64,000 nt of DNA. It comes from an uncultured Clostridia bacterium. Lineage in GTDB: Bacteria; Bacillota; Clostridia; Christensenellales; UBA1242. Below the pieces are notes generated by a model. The model saw only the letters and a list, made by a program, of their open reading frames with translations, was not told the origin of the DNA and searched no databases. A program made the position numbers and the translations under genes. Each line of letters opens with the position of its first letter. Position 1 is the first letter of the stretch. Location: the NCBI GenBank assembly GCA_944349515.1, contig CALVNE010000003.1, positions 3,331 to 67,330 of the forward strand, given 5' to 3'. Below are positions 62,581-64,000 of this stretch, piece by piece.

Positions 62581-62606
62581 AAGTGCGGAAAAATGCACTT
62601 TTTTTC
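62581..62606 (+). terminator. rho-independent terminator
   Basis: AAGTGC-GGAAAAAT-GCACTT followed by T7. Confidence 0.55.
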
Positions 62607-62797
62607 AAAAAAAATAGAAAAAATCACCATTTTTTTAACATTTTTTGATTTTTTAATAAAATCTACTTATGTTTTAAATGATGAATTTTTTGTTATCATA
62701 AACTTTTTATTATGATGTTTTTACTATAATTTGTTATCATGGCTTTTCTTAATTTATTTTTTGTTACTTGTAGGATATTGTTAAACCTAAGCAAATT

Positions 62798-63835
62798 TTA
62801 AGCCACGCTGGAATTTAGGGCGTCGATAATGGAATTGTCAACAACTTCGCTGAACGGCGATTTCTCGGTGATGACATCAGCGTTGAGCATAACGCTCAAG
62901 AGCCTATCGAAACTTTCGCTGGTCATCGACATGGTTGCGCTCCAAGCGTTGATTGCCACATATTGCTCAACAGCCACTTGCAGTTCGCTTATGGTGTTGC
63001 CGTCGAAGGACGGTAGTAGCGCTTGTGCAACAGCATAGGAGTTGTCGTTCTCGATGTTGGTGACAATATAATTGTATCCGCGTTTAACCGCCGTTAAAAA
63101 TTTCTCCACAACATCGCTATGTTCGTCGATATAGTTTTCGCGGGCGATAAAGCAGGTGTATGGGATTGAGCCAGAAAGTTCGCCTAAACTTGCCACAATC
63201 TCAGAGCCAGCAACAGCGTTTGTGACATTTGTTGCCGTCGGCTCGAACAAGGTGCAGTATTTAACTGTGCTATCATTTTCCCAAACGCTTGCTGTGAGGT
63301 CGAAAGCAACATCGGTTCTTAAATTTATTTGGTCAGCACCAGCGCCGATTTCGTAGCCTTGCGACTCGATGATATATTGAAGAGTCATTGCAGGAAGTCC
63401 GCCAGCCCTTCCACCGATTATCGTTTCGCCAACAAGATCTGCCAAGGTGAAATCCGCGTCAGCCTCTTTGGAAACGATGAACGAGCCGTCGCACTGCGTC
63501 AGTTGCCCGAACACAACAGGGGCATTCGACACGCCCTCTTGATTGGTGTAAACTGCCGTTTCAGGACCCGCCAAAATCATGTCGGCAGAACCCGAAAGAA
63601 GTGCGCTCATGGAAGTGTTGGAACCACCACCGTTTGTTAAGGTGACGGTTAAGCCTTCATCTTCAAAATAACCATTGTTCATGGCAACATACAGCGGAGC
63701 GTAGAAGATACTGTGAGTAACTTCGTTGAGTTCAATTTTGTTGTAGTCTTTTTTATTGCAACCGAACAAAAGCCCACAGCAAGTCACCATAAGTAACGCC
63801 AAGCAGAGCACAGAAAGTCTTTTAAAAATTTTCAT
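62798..63835 (-). CDS. ABC transporter substrate-binding lipoprotein (NMT1/SsuA/TauA-like)
   Basis: 345 aa. Signal peptide with lipobox LLFGC. ..HSIFYAPLYVA...GYF.. is typical of the NMT1/THI5-like family. GGAGG RBS. Confidence 0.8.
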   Translation of the reverse strand: MKIFKRLSVLCLALLMVTCCGLLFGCNKKDYNKIELNEVTHSIFYAPLYVAMNNGYFEDEGLTVTLTNGGGSNTSMSALLSGSADMILAGPETAVYTNQEGVSNAPVVFGQLTQCDGSFIVSKEADADFTLADLVGETIIGGRAGGLPAMTLQYIIESQGYEIGAGADQINLRTDVAFDLTASVWENDSTVKYCTLFEPTATNVTNAVAGSEIVASLGELSGSIPYTCFIARENYIDEHSDVVEKFLTAVKRGYNYIVTNIENDNSYAVAQALLPSFDGNTISELQVAVEQYVAINAWSATMSMTSESFDRLLSVMLNADVITEKSPFSEVVDNSIIDALNSSVA

Positions 63836-64000
63836 TTTTCCTCCTTACAAATAAAGTGTATGTTTTTGGAGGCGTTTTTGTTTTTAAACTCTTCAAATTT
63901 TTAGTATATTTCACTCTTAGCGTGAATAACAATATATTTTGCTGAATTTTTAGAGCGCGATGCGTTATCCTCTTATGATGTGCTACAATTCCTGCGCTAT

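Noticed and set aside
1-64000. Search for mobile elements, prophage, toxin-antitoxin or defence islands.
   Set aside because: No transposase, integrase, recombinase, phage structural, restriction-modification or classic TA gene was recognised in any frame. The only mobility-like signals are the two repeat families reported above.

Overview
This window is a core chromosomal segment of an endospore-forming Firmicute with Clostridia/Bacilli-like gene order; by eye it is moderately AT-rich. I support about 62 protein genes, nearly all housekeeping. They run: obg-yhbY, rsfS, ywlE-like phosphatase-rpiB, gap, tadA, two CPBP proteases, rlmH, and a complete spoIIIAA-AH operon. Next come asp23-nusB-xseA-xseB-proS, rpsB-tsf, rpmB (missed by the ORF track) divergent from yloU-yloV, and frr-uppS-cdsA-(gap)-rseP. 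A PolC-N-terminal-like exonuclease follows, then rimP-nusA-ylxR-ylxQ-infB-rbfA-nrnA-truB, efp, valS, spoVAD-spoVAE, yunB, T-box-ileS, rRNA/tRNA modification enzymes, pepF and an ABC substrate-binding lipoprotein. RNA features are one long (Bacillus-type) SRP RNA and one Ile T-box leader. I saw no rRNA, tRNA, CRISPR-cas, transposase, integrase or phage genes. The stand-out observation is a family of structured intergenic repeat arrays that I cannot assign to any known family. Each array is a tandem run of ~24-nt units: a constant (C)AGTGAAGG linker plus a variable but always self-complementary 14-17 nt core. Arrays close with a conserved tail module (GTGAAA-rich, then AGTTGTGGAAGATTTTAGAAAGTGAAG). 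At least nine loci carry them. Most start at or inside the stop codon of a gene. One tail-to-tail pair splits the spoIIIA operon, and one abuts a truncated glycosyltransferase gene. Secondary observations: a second palindrome family (GTAGTATGCA...) with one copy inside truB; a standalone OB-fold plus DEDDh exonuclease resembling the PolC N-terminus in the polC slot; a HEPN-like/CBS fusion protein; a ~147-bp tandem cassette where dxr normally lies; degenerate 23-nt tandem repeats within the spoIIIA operon; several orphan proteins; and housekeeping enzymes of non-Firmicute type (gapA/eukaryote-like GAPDH, type-2 IleRS, archaeal-like ValRS). All homology calls come from motif recognition by eye, with no database search.
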